The position numbers were made by a program, and so were the translations under genes. A stretch of 63,665 nucleotides of DNA, the filler included, from Octopus bimaculoides (Eukaryota): the NCBI RefSeq assembly GCF_001194135.2. It is 4 parts of 4 records of this genome, joined end to end, with 100 filler letters (N's around TTAATTAATTAA, not from the genome) between each part and the next. Parts side by side here need not be neighbours in the genome. Positions count along the whole stretch, not along the records: positions 48,466 to 56,447 come from NC_068985.1; positions 56,548 to 63,665 come from NC_068982.1; 2 more parts are not named here. One strand, 5' to 3'. Below are positions 49,920-62,685 of the stretch, piece after piece. Positions within the stretch are counted from its first letter, which is position 1; the number at the start of each line of letters is the position of its first letter. The notes below the pieces were generated by a model that did no database searches, was not told where the DNA came from, and was given only the letters and a program-made list of their open reading frames with translations.

Positions 49920-50230
49920 CCCATCCCTCTCCAGGCCAAACTCATTTCTGTAGCTGATTCGACTGGAACAAAATGAAAGAAGGGTTTTCAAGAAAATAAC
50001 GAATCTCCCGATCTAGGGATTGAAACCACAATCTTACGGTCGAGAATCTAACACCCTAACCACTAAGTGACGCACTTCCAGTCGTGGTACTCCTCATTTC
50101 TACAGCTAAGTGAACTGGTGCAACGTGAAGTGAAGTGTTTTGCTCAAGAAAAGAACGCATCGCCAAGTCCAGAAATCGAAATCACAGTCTTACAATCGTG
50201 AGTCCAACGCCCTAACTACTAAGCCACGCG
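49920..50230 (-). mobile_element. Two tandem CORE-like SINE fragments
   Basis: TCATTTCTRYAGCT...GAACTGG...TGAA...TTGCTCAAGAA...ACACCCTAACCACTAAG, twice. Confidence 0.75.
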
Positions 50231-50799
50231 TCGCCTGCTGAGCAGAATATTTGACAGTAAAAGCCTTTCATATTACATATCTAATCCATCCAACTTATTT
50301 CCGCAGAGTTTTTATAAATCTAATTTTACCCACAAGTCAAAAATCGACTGGAGACTGTGGCAAAGTACTCTTTCCCTAACCGCATGCGTTGCGATCGAAA
50401 ACGTAAACTCACTGTTGCGAAGAAGCACTCTTAAACATTCTTCTATGCTTTCATCCACGCAGTGTATCTAGCATTACATTATCCTATGTGTATCTAAGAT
50501 AAAATATATCTTAATCTCTTAACCAATAGAAGCTCCTGTTTTGATCCAAATGACCGAGAAGATGTTTATCACAGAGGATCAAAATAAAGCTGAAACAACC
50601 CGTCTTCTAAGCTGCTGAGATCGTTTGGATCTCGGTGGGTGCTTACACACTAAGTGTAGAGTGAAAAAGGTTGTTTTCCCAACAAAAAAGTCCCGTGGTG
50701 AATCCCACGTTCCAGTGTGCAGGAACGCCTTAAAAATAAATGCACATTTTAATTTGATCTTAGCAGCTTCATGTGCTCATGTTGAGTGTATGTTTATAG

Positions 50800-50870
<71 letters not shown>

Positions 50871-51437
50871 ACACTCACATTTATATCATAAATGACTTGA
50901 CTGAGAATCCAAATTACACATTGACCGTTTTTTCAAACAATCTGGTCAATAATTTTCAACCTTGTTACATTGCACAGACAATCAGTGTTTTGCAATTTCC
51001 TATACCTGTTGTCGATTAATAAGACTAAACATTACTTCTGTATTGCACTGAGAATCTAGAATTTATCGTCCAGAAAAGAAAGATGAATATATAGAGAGAT
51101 TATGGAATACTAAAAATTTTGTTATTTTTTAAAACCATCCTTATTTTCTAGAAAACATGTAACCCAGAAAGTAAACGCTGAATAGAACAAGTCATAATCT
51201 ATCTTGATGAAAAAGGCAATCAATAACGTAATATTATTTTTTGAAAATATTCCAGATATTAAAGTAATCCACTGACCCACTTCTGGCAAATTATAGGGCA
51301 TTTGTGTCTAATCAAATGTAAACTGTATGTGAGGAAATTCAAGTTCCCTGTAATTAATTTAAATTTTGGAAATATTTATAGTTTATTCAGAGAGTAAGGG
51401 ATCACTCATTAATTTATGCAAGAATTAAGAGACTGGT

Positions 51438-51811
51438 GGAAGCGCAATGGCCCAGTGGTTAGGGCAGCGGACTCGCGGTTTCGATTCCCAGCACGGGCGT
51501 TGTGAGTGTTTATTGAGCGAAAACACCTAAAACTCCACGAGGTTCCGGCAGGGGATGGTGGCGAATCCTGCTGTACTCTTTCACTACAACTTTCTCTCAC
51601 TCTTTCTTCCTGTTTCTGTTGTATCTGTAATTCAAAGGGACACCCTTATCATACTCTGTGTGACGCTGAATCTCCCCGAGAACTACGTTAAGAGTACACG
51701 TATCTGTGGAGTGCTCAGCCACTTGCACGTTAATTTCACGAGCAGGCTGTTCTGATGATTGGATCAACTGGAACCCTCGACGTCGTAAGCGACGGAGTGC
51801 CAACAACAACA
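51438..51811 (+). mobile_element. SINE F2, full length, 12-bp TSD
   Basis: TSD TAAGAGACTRGT at 51426-51437 and 51812-51823; (CAA)n tail. Confidence 0.92.
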
Positions 51812-54100
51812 TAAGAGACTAGTGTAGGCTGAATGAATGCAGCGTCATAAAAGAGTCGGTTAGCATACCTTGCTTTATTTTTTATGAAGAATTCCTCCTC
51901 AAAAATATTTATCAATGTTGAAAATCAACAAATAAGAACTGGCACACAAGTTCATTTTCAATATACGCAGAAATAGTTTCGGAATTAACACTTTCAATTG
52001 ATATACATCTAATTAATTTATCTGATTGTTCTAATTTAGGTACACGTCCAGCGATGTTGAGGACAGGGATTTACTCAAGGCCGTCAATAACATTACTTTA
52101 CTGTCACACTGTCTTATCAACCTTTGAGGGATGAAAGGCGATATTGACCTCGATAGGATTTGAACTCAGAACGTAGAGTAGTGAAACTAGATACTGCAAG
52201 GCTTCAGTCAGTCCATTGCCCTAATGTAGCTGATTAATAAAATACATAAAATGGAGTGTATGTGTTTGCTTGACAAACAGTTAGATTACCTGTTCCCGTA
52301 GCACAGCAACTTATTCAATTTTGCGAAATGTATTAATTGATTTTTGCCTCCCTAGACCATGCCTGTTGCCATGGTTTCCAGTCAATATTCTTTGATGGTT
52401 AAGAAAATCCGATTATGACTAGTTGGAATAAATATTGGAGACCTAGAAATAATTTGAAGCAGGAAAAGGTGCACGAGAGGAAGAAAGCGACAGCACGAGA
52501 GAGAGAAAGTAAGAGAGAAAGAAGCATAGAATGATTAAATTTTAAACAGTAAGAAGGGAGAAAATATTTATATTCATGCATTTGCAATCATTTTAAATCA
52601 AGAGCATTCACCTCTAGAATGTTTGAGCGAATTTCATCGTTTCTCCACAAAACTTCATGATAACAAAAATATCAAGGCAAATAAAGGAAAACGATGGAAA
52701 ATAAAATAGGCACCGAAATGTTCGATCAGAGTCGAGAATAAGTATTGTGTCTAAAGGAGAATGTTACTAGCAAATATGAACTTGCAAGAGGAAATATTTA
52801 CTTTCTTAAAAATTCTCTTTCAACGTATTCACATTAGGATAAGAAATGATGTATTGTGTTGATTCTATTGAGGTGCATAAAATAGCACATTTACCACGGT
52901 GTAACCTTTTTCTCTCGTTTCATCGATCCAGTATATAAAGTTCTAATAACTCCATTTATGTTTGCTATCTGGTCCATTTACTGCCTTGGGGAATCTATTT
53001 ACGACTAACTGCTATCACAACTAATATAACTGAGAGTCTTGTAAACTTTATCATGTAACAAATTTGTACGAGAATATCTCTTGTCAGAAAAGCAAATTTG
53101 ATTGTTCGCTTCTTTATGTTCCCTTCCACTTAGCAAAGTACTATATTTTCCTTAGAAAATACAAAGGAAAATCCTTTTGTGCATGCGTGCGTGCGTGTGT
53201 ATTTGTATGTGTGTTCATATGACTGCTCTATATTCGTGTGTCTGTATAGAAATAACAGTATTAGGTACGAAGAGTTAATCTATGCATTGACTATGTGAAT
53301 ATATACATAATTTACGCTACATTTGTATTGAACATTCAATTCTTGTCGATGTGTAAATGTATGTTAATGTTTATATATATGTACGTATGTGTGTACGTAA
53401 TGTTGTGAGAGAGATCGCCACCTTAAGCATGCCTACTACATACATATATACACAAACACATGCACACAGATACACATATATAATTTGCACGCTTAAAGTT
53501 GTAATGTCCCCTTGATATAATGGTTAGCACGGTCATGCAGCTCACTTCTTAAATGATGTTTGATTCCAATAAACTGTGTTACAGCATTTTTCTGTTATCT
53601 TCCATATTAGATGGTTTGTTATATTTTAGAAAAATACATGATCTTGGCCAAATCTGTCCATGTTCAACTTGTTCGAACAGTTACACTACAAAGCCTAATG
53701 ACTGAAATAAGTGAAGGGTAAAAGATAAAAGATACACCTGGGTAAGTTTATAAAGCTTTAAAGCTATAGAGCTCAAAACGTCTATCATGTTTACAGAAGA
53801 TATTGGTTCGAATCACAGGGTCTTTTTAGAATGAGGGAGCTGGGTTTTAACAATGAAACACAAGCTTTGTTATTGGTGTTTTGAAAATAACAACGATAAT
53901 TGTTACATAGTGATCTTTGGTGAAGCCTTGTATAATGTTACTGTTTCACTTACAGATTGTATCTTTAAAATTCATGTTATCCCATAGTTTTCTTTAAATC
54001 CTTTAAAAGGTTGTAAATTTTTTCATTGAATTATAGTTAGTTTAGAGAACATACGGGCTTCGAAGCAGTATAAAATGATATTCTTCTTCCTTCTAGTTTT

Positions 54101-54168
54101 GGAAGTGAGGTTCATATCTGTAGGGCAAATAACCGGAAGTGAGGTTCATATCTGTAGGGCAAATAACC
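54101..54168. repeat. Perfect 34-bp tandem duplication
   Basis: GGAAGTGAGGTTCATATCTGTAGGGCAAATAACC x2. Confidence 0.97.
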
Positions 54169-54808
54169 TCTATATTATAAAGTAAATTATTTTCCCCGTC
54201 CGTTGCTCTGTTATCACTTCGACACCTAACGCGACGTACACAATGCATTTATTCAGACAACGTCGATTTGATTGAATGGGTGCTAATATGTGGCTATATG
54301 CATGCGTATACATGTGCACATAGATATCGATGTAAACATCTATCTATCTATCCATCTATCTATCTATCTATCTAAGCCCATGGAATAATATCGTTGACCC
54401 CTTTATATCCCTATGTAAACAAACCTTCTAACGGTCACTGACCATGTAACATCACGGCTCGTAAGTTACCCCATGATTTCGTTTTTGTCATGCTATTACA
54501 TGTTTTATTNNNNNNNNNNNNNNNNNNNNNNNNNNNNNNNNNNNNNNNNNNNNNNNNNNNNNNNNNNNNNNNNNNNNNNNNNNNNNNNNNNNNNNNNNNN
54601 NNNNNNNNNNNNNNNNNNNNNNNNNNNNNNNNNNNNNNNNNNNNNNNNNNNNNNNNNNNNNNNNNNNNNNNNNNNNNNNNNNNNNNNNNNNNNNNNNNNN
54701 NNNNNNNNNNNNNNNNNNNNNNNNNNNNNNNNNNNNNNNNNNNNNNNNNNNNNNNNNNNNNNNNNNNNNNNNNNNNNNNNNNNNNNNNNNNNNNNNNNNN
54801 NNNNNNNN

Positions 54809-54860
<52 letters not shown>

Positions 54861-55990
54861 GAGAGAGGGAGAGAGACAGAGAGAGAGCTTGGTAATTATT
54901 GAAAAGTATTTATTTTCTTCCGTTTAATTTCTATCGAGGGCACTAATTATTATTGTTTGCAGTTGTATGAAATAAAAAAAATAATCATAAAGATGTGCAT
55001 GCATACACAAACACGCACATAAACGATTATCTAGGAATACGAATGAAAAATATAGATTAGTTTACACAAATATATCCACCAGGCAGGTCTTTAGAAATAT
55101 ATCTACATTTCTGACTTTTTGTACCAATTTAATAGAGAACATAGAATTCTTTTAAAATGCGTAGAATATCAATTTTGTGGATTAAGATTATTTATTTCCG
55201 GTCCATTAGGAAAATGCTTAAAGTGTTTTACACAGATTTGCATCCATCCTTCTATTTCAAATTACGAATTACTATTTTGTTTAATAATCTCATTAACCTA
55301 TTTGACATATCTAATACCTACTTCATCTTATAAAATGCTTCAATTTCATTTCCACCTGCGATCAGTCTAAAACGAAACTCCATTAAACTACATACACACA
55401 CACTCACACACGCACATAAAGTATTTAATAAGGTAGCTGAATGGTTGGTTATTTGGTTGGTTAGTTAGTTAGTAATTTAGCTAGCATATTCGCCAGTTAG
55501 CTATCTAATTAACTGGTTAGTTACTCATTTACTTACTTAAATACTAACTTGACTTTTAGCTTATTAATTTAGACGGGTAATCAGTAAACATGACACTTTC
55601 TAGGTTCTTCAGTGATCTGCATATATATAAATATATATATAAATATATACAAGAATAAGGGCAGGGAATCGTCAATTAATAATAGAATTAATAATTAACA
55701 ATTTTGCCAAGTAGTTCAGTATGAAAAAACCTTTATCGGTAAAACCATTTATCATCATAAATATACAGGGATTTCCCCTCCGGTTTTTTGTTCTATGTGT
55801 GCCACAAATATCGCCATCCATTTAGAGAAAAATTTGTAGTTTAGAATCAGTAGTTCTTTGACTGCTATTTCTAAATTTTCAGTATAAATATATATATATA
55901 TTATATAATATATATTATGTAACATATAATATATAATATAATTTATATATATAAATATTATATATATACATATATATATATACACACACG

Positions 55991-56048
<58 letters not shown>

Positions 56049-56049
56049 T

Positions 56050-56104
<55 letters not shown>

Positions 56105-56108
<4 letters not shown>

Positions 56109-56447
56109 GGGTGACAAGTTGAATATTAATTTGATTAATATCAATTTAAAACCACTGGCCTAGCAAACTGAAAAATCGGAAGATTCAGAAAAATTATATT
56201 ACATATATATAAGAGGGTTGACCACTAAGTGGACATCCATTATGCTAGAAGTAGACCACCTATTGTCTGACCGCTAAGAAGAGATTGTTCTCAAGAAAAT
56301 CAAACAAACACCGGAACGCAAGCGAGCAAGACAAATGAAAAGATACAAAATATATTTTGTATCTTTTCTTAATAATCAGAGCATAGGTGGTCTTCTAGCA
56401 AAATGGATGTTCACGTAGTGGTCAACCTTCTGATATATGTATATATA
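56105..56447. mobile_element. HHR-family repeat (locus 3), fold-back, HHR itself absent
   Basis: 56105-56352 is homologous to the reverse complement of 29740-29990; perfect 32-bp palindrome at 56337-56368; inverted partial copy runs to the gap. Confidence 0.85.
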
Positions 56448-56547
56448 NNNNNNNNNNNNNNNNNNNNNNNNNNNNNNNNNNNNNNNNNNNNTTAATTAAT
56501 TAANNNNNNNNNNNNNNNNNNNNNNNNNNNNNNNNNNNNNNNNNNNN
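56448..56547. other. Artificial scaffold spacer
   Basis: 44 N + TTAATTAATTAA + 44 N. Confidence 0.92.
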
Positions 56548-56647
56548 TATATATTTGCATCGTCGTCCCTTGTTTCGAGCTGAATGTGAGGTATCTAAGG
56601 TGCAAAAGTTCTATATGCAACACGAATAGACATATTGTCATATTGTC

Positions 56648-56850
56648 AAGGCAGTGAGCTGGCAGAAACGTTAGCACGCCGGGCGAAATGCTTTGCGGTC
56701 TTTCATGTCTTTACGTTCTGAATTCAAATTCTGCGGAGGTCGACTTTGTTTTTCATCCTTTCGGGGTCAATAAATTAAATGCCAGTTGCGTACTGCAGTC
56801 GATCTAAGCAACTGGCCCCCTTCCCCCAAAATTCGGGCCTTGTGCTTAGA
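56648..56850 (+). mobile_element. SINE F3
   Basis: GGCAGTGAGCTGGCAGAAACG...CGGGCCTTGTGCTTAGAG. Confidence 0.9.
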
Positions 56851-56889
56851 GTTTGATTTAGTGCCTCATGCTATGTCAATCTAAGCTTT

Positions 56890-56924
<35 letters not shown>

Positions 56925-57172
56925 TATATATATATATTCGCCATGTTAGATCGCTGACCACATGGTCTGCTATGTAATCGCTCGTATAGTTACGAATTGC
57001 ACTAAAAGCTACGTTGGAGCACACAATATGGTTCTTAGGGGAAATGAGATTCTAAATGATGGAAAAGAACTCATGTTCATCGCCTGAGGTCGATGTGCTA
57101 ATCGTCACCACCAGTGAGTCCATTTATTTTTAGACCATTCTTCTCCTTATACTTCTTTTATTTATAATCCAA

Positions 57173-57372
57173 TAAGATTGCTGAAAAGTTCCTGGCTTTG
57201 TGTAAAAGAAAAATACAGGAGCATCAGTTAATTATTCAAATTATTCCCCTCCCAGACTTACACACTTATTGCCGCTGGCTTTCAGTTTTTCTAAGTCCTG
57301 TAAATGTTTGGGCCTCCAAACAGGCCTTTACGTGATACTCTTAAAGCCAATAATTTTCCAGCACCCCATTGT
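57173..57372. mobile_element. Tc1/mariner-derived MITE
   Basis: TIR-like ends GATTGCTGAAAAGTTCCTGGCTTT (57176-57199) and AAAGCCAATAATTTTCCAGCACCCC (57343-57367). Confidence 0.65.
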
Positions 57373-57749
57373 ATATTAGCGTGAAGTATGTGTTTGGCAC
57401 TGAATGTAAAACGTGTTGGAGGATTGATTAAACCTATAAATTAAATGGTTGTTTGCCACGAATCATATCACTTCCTATTTCTATCGGTAATTACCGAAAT
57501 GCCAACATGGATATGGTTGTTGTTATTGTTGTCACTGCCCTCGTGGTTTCGGCTGTTTTGTTTGTTATTTATCACAAGGATAAATGATTTGAAGTAGGAC
57601 TACGATAAAAAGTATTCGAAGTTTCATCAACCATGTATGTTTTCAAATATATTGTATCTTAATGTGTATAATCCTCTATGTATTCGATTTGATGAGATTT
57701 GCAGCTGTGATTTCAGGAAGAATTTGGCAGTGATTCCTTGCATGTCGAG

Positions 57750-57965
57750 TTCTAGTGTAAAATTCTCTCGAACTCCCATTGTGGACTAACGCGAACATAT
57801 GCGTCAGTTTCTGTTACTTGTGAAGTCACACAACTTTCATTGTTCGTTCTAGTCAAGATGTCAAAACATCTAGTTAACAATCTCGTGTACAGTGTAGGGT
57901 TTCTCCAAGAAACGCTGTGCATTCTCTCAAAACAGCGGCGTGTAATCTCGCCAAGTGTAGACAAC
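57750..57965 (-). mobile_element. Possible decayed PLE RT C-terminal (thumb) fragment
   Basis: HSVSWRNPTLYTRLLTRCFDI and LVHNGSSREF resemble TSVYRKPT...LL.RAF.I and NGYP..F. Confidence 0.4.
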
Positions 57966-59770
57966 GGTGAACAACATTGGTCAAATTCCTTCTACGTATC
58001 TGCGTTTCAGACATTGAAATAGCGTGAATTTAATAAAAATGCAATTATACCAAAGTCTCGATAATGGCCATATATAAAACTGTTTTGAATAAATACGTGA
58101 TTATTGCTCGATGCAAATCAGTAACGCAACATGTGAAAAGTAGAGTAATTAAATAAAAAATAGAAACAGATAGGAAGACAGATACAGAGAAATCACTCAG
58201 TGAAATTGCTTCCTTACAAAATTTAACGAACTTTGCTTCACCATTATGCAGTAATTTGAATGAATTATCATGTTTTAGTGACAGTTCTTGCGTGTATGTG
58301 CGACTGGGGATACATTCAAGCTAAAAAAAAAAATGTCTTCAGTATTGATTAATAAAAAATAATAGAAAGCAAGTCAATATATTTTCAAGTAATATTCGGA
58401 TTACAGAATATTATTCAGAAAGAGAACGTCTCTGTGTTTCATTGAAATAAAACCAAAACCTCAGTAAAAATAACAGGAGCATTAACAATTTCAACATCTA
58501 AGTCTCTAAATAATATATTATTCAATTCTAAATATTCTAGTCACAAGAGGCATCAAAACCCCCATTCAAACTTTTTTTTATTTATTTATTGGACATGATG
58601 CGGTTGAGAGTCAGTGCAAACTTATTTTCTGCCGATAAATGGATCTGTTGGATATATCTAAAACGTTGCGGGACCGCGGTGGAAGATTCGACGAAGTGTT
58701 CAGTAATGGAAATAAGTACGCGGAAAGCATTAGGTATAACGAGAGTGTTGGATGGACAGAGTAAGTAAACTACCATAACATCGGATCTGAGGTTGTTAAA
58801 ATATACGAAAATGAGATATGAAGAAGAAATAACTATTCAGAAAATTAGTTGTAGAAATGAGTTGGCAATTATGCCATTTTTAACCAACCGAAGTATCTTT
58901 CTTTAAAAGCGCGCTAATTGTTGCGTTCAGCAGCGCAATTTTGCGTACAGTGCTTACACACGTGCATGAAGAGTGGAAAGAATAGTCTTATCCACAGAGC
59001 TAATGAGGGAGCGTCTATATTTTCACTCGAAAAGCTAGAATTTGTAGCCAAGCATTTCGGCATCAACGACATTGTGTCTTAGAAAGTAAATGTTGGTAAA
59101 TGTGTTTATAAGTGCCACGGACATAAGATAAGGCAAGATAGTCACGGTTGGAAGGTTTTATATAAGCCTGTTCTATGGGGATCGATCAGGGTCGAACAAC
59201 AGAAACAACAGTACAACACTAACAAATTCAACTGGAAGAGTGTGTGATCTCTGAGAAACGCTGAGGAGGTATTTAGGAAACTTGCTCTTCCAAAACCCAC
59301 TGCAATCAGACTTCATAGAAAAGAAAAACACGTGAAAAATATAAAATATTCATATAAAACGCAAACACATTCTTATTAAATAAATTGAAGCAGAAAATTA
59401 AGAATTATTATTGGTGCCATGTTTGAAAATAAACAAATTCAATAAGCAGAATCAGGGAAGAAATCAGGCTGTTCTGATTAACAAATATATTGGTAATAGC
59501 GAAGAAGCATGAAATCATGGTTGGTGGTAATTTCAAAAGGTGCAACAATTTAATTACTTTTCGGAGTGTTTATATTCCTTGTGAATTCTTTGAATATATT
59601 GGTACATTTTCCTTCTTATATCTTGCAAATTCACACGCACGCACGCGCGCGAGCATAAACCAGTACGCACACAGGCTCGCACGCATATACTGATATTTGT
59701 TTTTATGTTCAGTTATAATAATAATTTCACATTAATATGATGGGTTACTCTGTAATTTATTATTCATGTA

Positions 59771-59813
59771 CAGGGAGTTCGAAGTTTTGGCCAAGTAAGC
59801 CATCGTCAGACTG
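59771..59813 (-). ncRNA. Degenerate hammerhead-like motif related to 28881
   Basis: CAGU-CUGACGA-U-GGC uuacuug GCC-AAAACUUCGAACUC. Confidence 0.4.
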
Positions 59814-59944
59814 CGATGTCTTACAGTTAGTCTTACCCTCATATACTCTCTATTGACTTAAGAACATCTTTGGTTTTGTGGACCTGAGTGATGTGGTAAT
59901 TAAGTTTTTATAGTTGGTTGTAATGTAGAGGTGTTTCGGAAGGA

Positions 59945-60470
59945 TTCACGGTCCTCGAACGTTTTTAAGTATGCTGACCACCAGCTGAAAGTGATATTGT
60001 TTAATAATATTATTTAATAATATTAATTTCTACCATTATTATTTAATTTCATATATCAGTGTTCTCTAGCCAAGTGATTCACTGCTGAATATCATTCATT
60101 TGCAGTTATTTTCTGTTTTGACGCGGAATTTAAATACATGACACTGGAACTCCATACGTTCGTATCCTTTCACGGAGACGGGTGGTGGCAAGTTCCGTTA
60201 TTGTATCAACACCGATTTCACTGAGGAGACAGAGACAATTATTGAATTTTTCATGTCGAAACGTTAAGGTATATAATTAAGTGATATGTTTTTTTCTTAT
60301 TATTTGTCTAGCTCGTAAACATCTGGCGTGTTACTAAGTTGAGAACACAGATTTAGTGACAAGATGGTTTGATGTCTATTTATAGCATACAAGGGATCCA
60401 CATAGTGGTCTCTCATATTCTTTATGTTTAACTAGACTTCACGGTCCTCAGACGTTTTTAAGTATGCTGA
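59945..60470 (+). mobile_element. HHR-family repeat (locus 4), older diverged unit with HHR-like motif at 60215-60270
   Basis: Blocks homologous to 46775-46850, 29770-29815 and 29830-29880; CUGAGGA-GACA...UGUC-GAAAC-GUU; 33-bp direct repeats at 59945-59977 and 60438-60470. Confidence 0.65.
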
Positions 60471-60477
60471 GCACTCC

Positions 60478-60665
60478 TTTATTCTTTTACTTGTTTCAGT
60501 CATTTGACTGTGGCCATGCTGGAGCAGCGCCTTTAGTCGAGCATATCGACCCCAGGAGGTTTTCTTTGTAAGCCTAGTACTTATTCTATCGGTCTCTTTT
60601 GCCGAACCGTTAAGTTACGGGGACAAGCGATGTTGAGGGACAAACACAAACACACAAACATATAC

Positions 60666-60732
<67 letters not shown>

Positions 60733-61146
60733 NNNNNNNNNNNNNNNNNNNNNNNNNNNNNNNNNNNNNNNNNNNNNNNNNNNNNNNNNNNNNNNNNNNN
60801 NNNNNNNNNNNNNNNNNNNNNNNNNNNNNNNNNNNNNNNNNNNNNNNNNNNNNNNNNNNNNNNNNNNNNNNNNNNNNNNNNNNNNNNNNNNNNNNNNNNN
60901 NNNNNNNNNNNNNNNNNNNNNNNNNNNNNNNNNNNNNNNNNNNNNNNNNNNNNNNNNNNNNNNNNNNNNNNNNNNNNNNNNNNNNNNTACGACGGACTTC
61001 TTTACGTTTCCGTCTACCAAATTCTCTCACAAGGCTTTGGAAAACATGAGGCTATAGTAGAAGACACTTGCCCAAGGTCCATGCAGTAGGACTGAACCCG
61101 AAACCATGTGGTTCATAAGCAAGCTACTTACCACATAGCCACTCCT
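60478..61146 (-). mobile_element. SINE F1 spanning a gap
   Basis: F1 tail at 60478-60650, head at 60988-61146. Confidence 0.88.
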
Positions 61147-61518
61147 CTCAACCTCTCAACAAAACCTCTTTGAAGCCGAAAGATAGATATCCTCTCAAAA
61201 GGGTTAAAATTCACCCCGACTCCATGTGGGGCCAACCAAAATGAAGTGAAGGACAGTATAATAGAATTCTGTAGAAAATTAAGACTCGCAGAAGCATTAA
61301 CCAATTACAATACTGAAGATGACTCACTAGTCAAAATCAAAAGTGAACACATCATCCACAAAGGAAAAAATAAAACTCTTGATGAATTCTGCAACCACAT
61401 TGAGAAATTTCCCTACCACACCATGCATAAACAGACAGTTAACTCAAACTTTAGCATTACACAATGGAAGGATCCAACAGAACTTCAAGATAATGAAGAT
61501 ATAACGATTAAGGAAGCA
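61147..61518 (+). mobile_element. PLE ORF N-terminal (pre-RT) fragment
   Basis: LNLS...ILSKGLKFTPTP...EVKDSIIEFCRKLRLAE...LDEFCNHIE...LQDNEDITIKEA (cf. KGLKF.PTP, F.R.LRL.E, N.DI.IK.ADKG); truncated just before DKG. Confidence 0.85.
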
Positions 61519-61886
61519 CATTTCGTTCATCAGCACAATATTGTCCCAATTATATTTTTGGGAATAGAAATTTCCCTAATTAATTTTTTTACACACTTGC
61601 TTCTTGATAAAATTCTTGTAAAAGAGTTTTATCCTTTTTTGAATTTATTTATCAAATATATACACGGAATACATTCAATGTTGAATTTTTTATTCCTGTT
61701 TCCACATGGGTNNNNNNNNNNNNNNNNNNNNNNNNNNAAAAAAAAAAAACAACCCGGAAGTATTTCCCGCTTCTTTGATGAAGATATATACAGATAAAGT
61801 TCATTCCCTTTACTCTGTCGGATACGTAGTTGTTCGCTTTTGGAGAGGTGAGAATTCTGTTTATTTATATATATTTTTGGGACAAT

Positions 61887-61948
61887 ATTGTGCTGATGAA
61901 CGAAATCTAGATTCATTCTAGTAATCGCGAAATCGGTCGATACGCAAT
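61887..61948 (+). ncRNA. Type-I hammerhead ribozyme with long stem II
   Basis: AUUGUG-CUGAUGA-A CGA..CUAGA uucau UCUAG..UCG C-GAAA-UC gguc GA-UA-CGCAAU; AUA cleavage after 61942; A.C mismatch closes stem II. Confidence 0.72.
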
Positions 61949-62685
61949 TAAGTCTATTTTAAAAGAAAGTTGGTCATCTTCTGTTGGTTGTTTTTTCCTC
62001 GCATAGGTACTAAATGTGGTTNNNNNNNNNNNNNNNNNNNNNNNNNNNNNNNNNNNNNNNNNNNNNNNNNNNNNNNNNNNNNNNNNNNNNNNNNNNNNNN
62101 NNNNNNNNNNNNNNNNNNNNNNNNNNNNNNNNNNNNNNNNNNNNNNNNNNNNNNNNNNNNNNNNNNNNNNNNNNNNNNNNNNNNNNNNNNNNNNNNNNNN
62201 NNNNNNNNNNNNNNNNNNNNNNNNNNNNNNNNNNNNNNNNNNNNNNNNNNNNNNNNNNNNNNNNNNNNNNNNNNNNNNNNNNNNNNNNNNNNNNNNNNNN
62301 NNNNNNNNNNNNNNNNNNNNNNNNNNNNNNNNNNNNNNNNNNNNNNNNNNNNNNNNNNNNNNNNNNNNNNNNNNNNNNNNNNNNNNNNNNNNNNNNNNNN
62401 NNNNNNNNNNNNNNNNNNNNNNNNNNNNNNNNNNNNNNNNNNNNNNNNNNNNNNNNNNNNNNNNNNNNNNNNNNNNNNNNNNNNNNNNNNNNNNNNNNNN
62501 NNNNNNNNNNNNNNNNNNNNNNNNNNNNNNNNNNNNNNNNNNNNNNNNNNNNNNNNNNNNNNNNNNNNNNNNNNNNNNNNNNNNNNNNNNNNNNNNNNNN
62601 NNNNNNNNNNNNNNNNNNNNNNNNNNNNNNNNNNNNNNNNNNNNNNNNNNNNNNNNNNNNNNNNNNNNNNNNNNNNNNNNNNNNN

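Noticed and set aside
61313-61340. CTGAAGA-T-GAC..GTC-AAAA hammerhead look-alike
   Set aside because: No GAAA or stem I, and it lies inside the PLE coding frame (TEDDSLVKIK)
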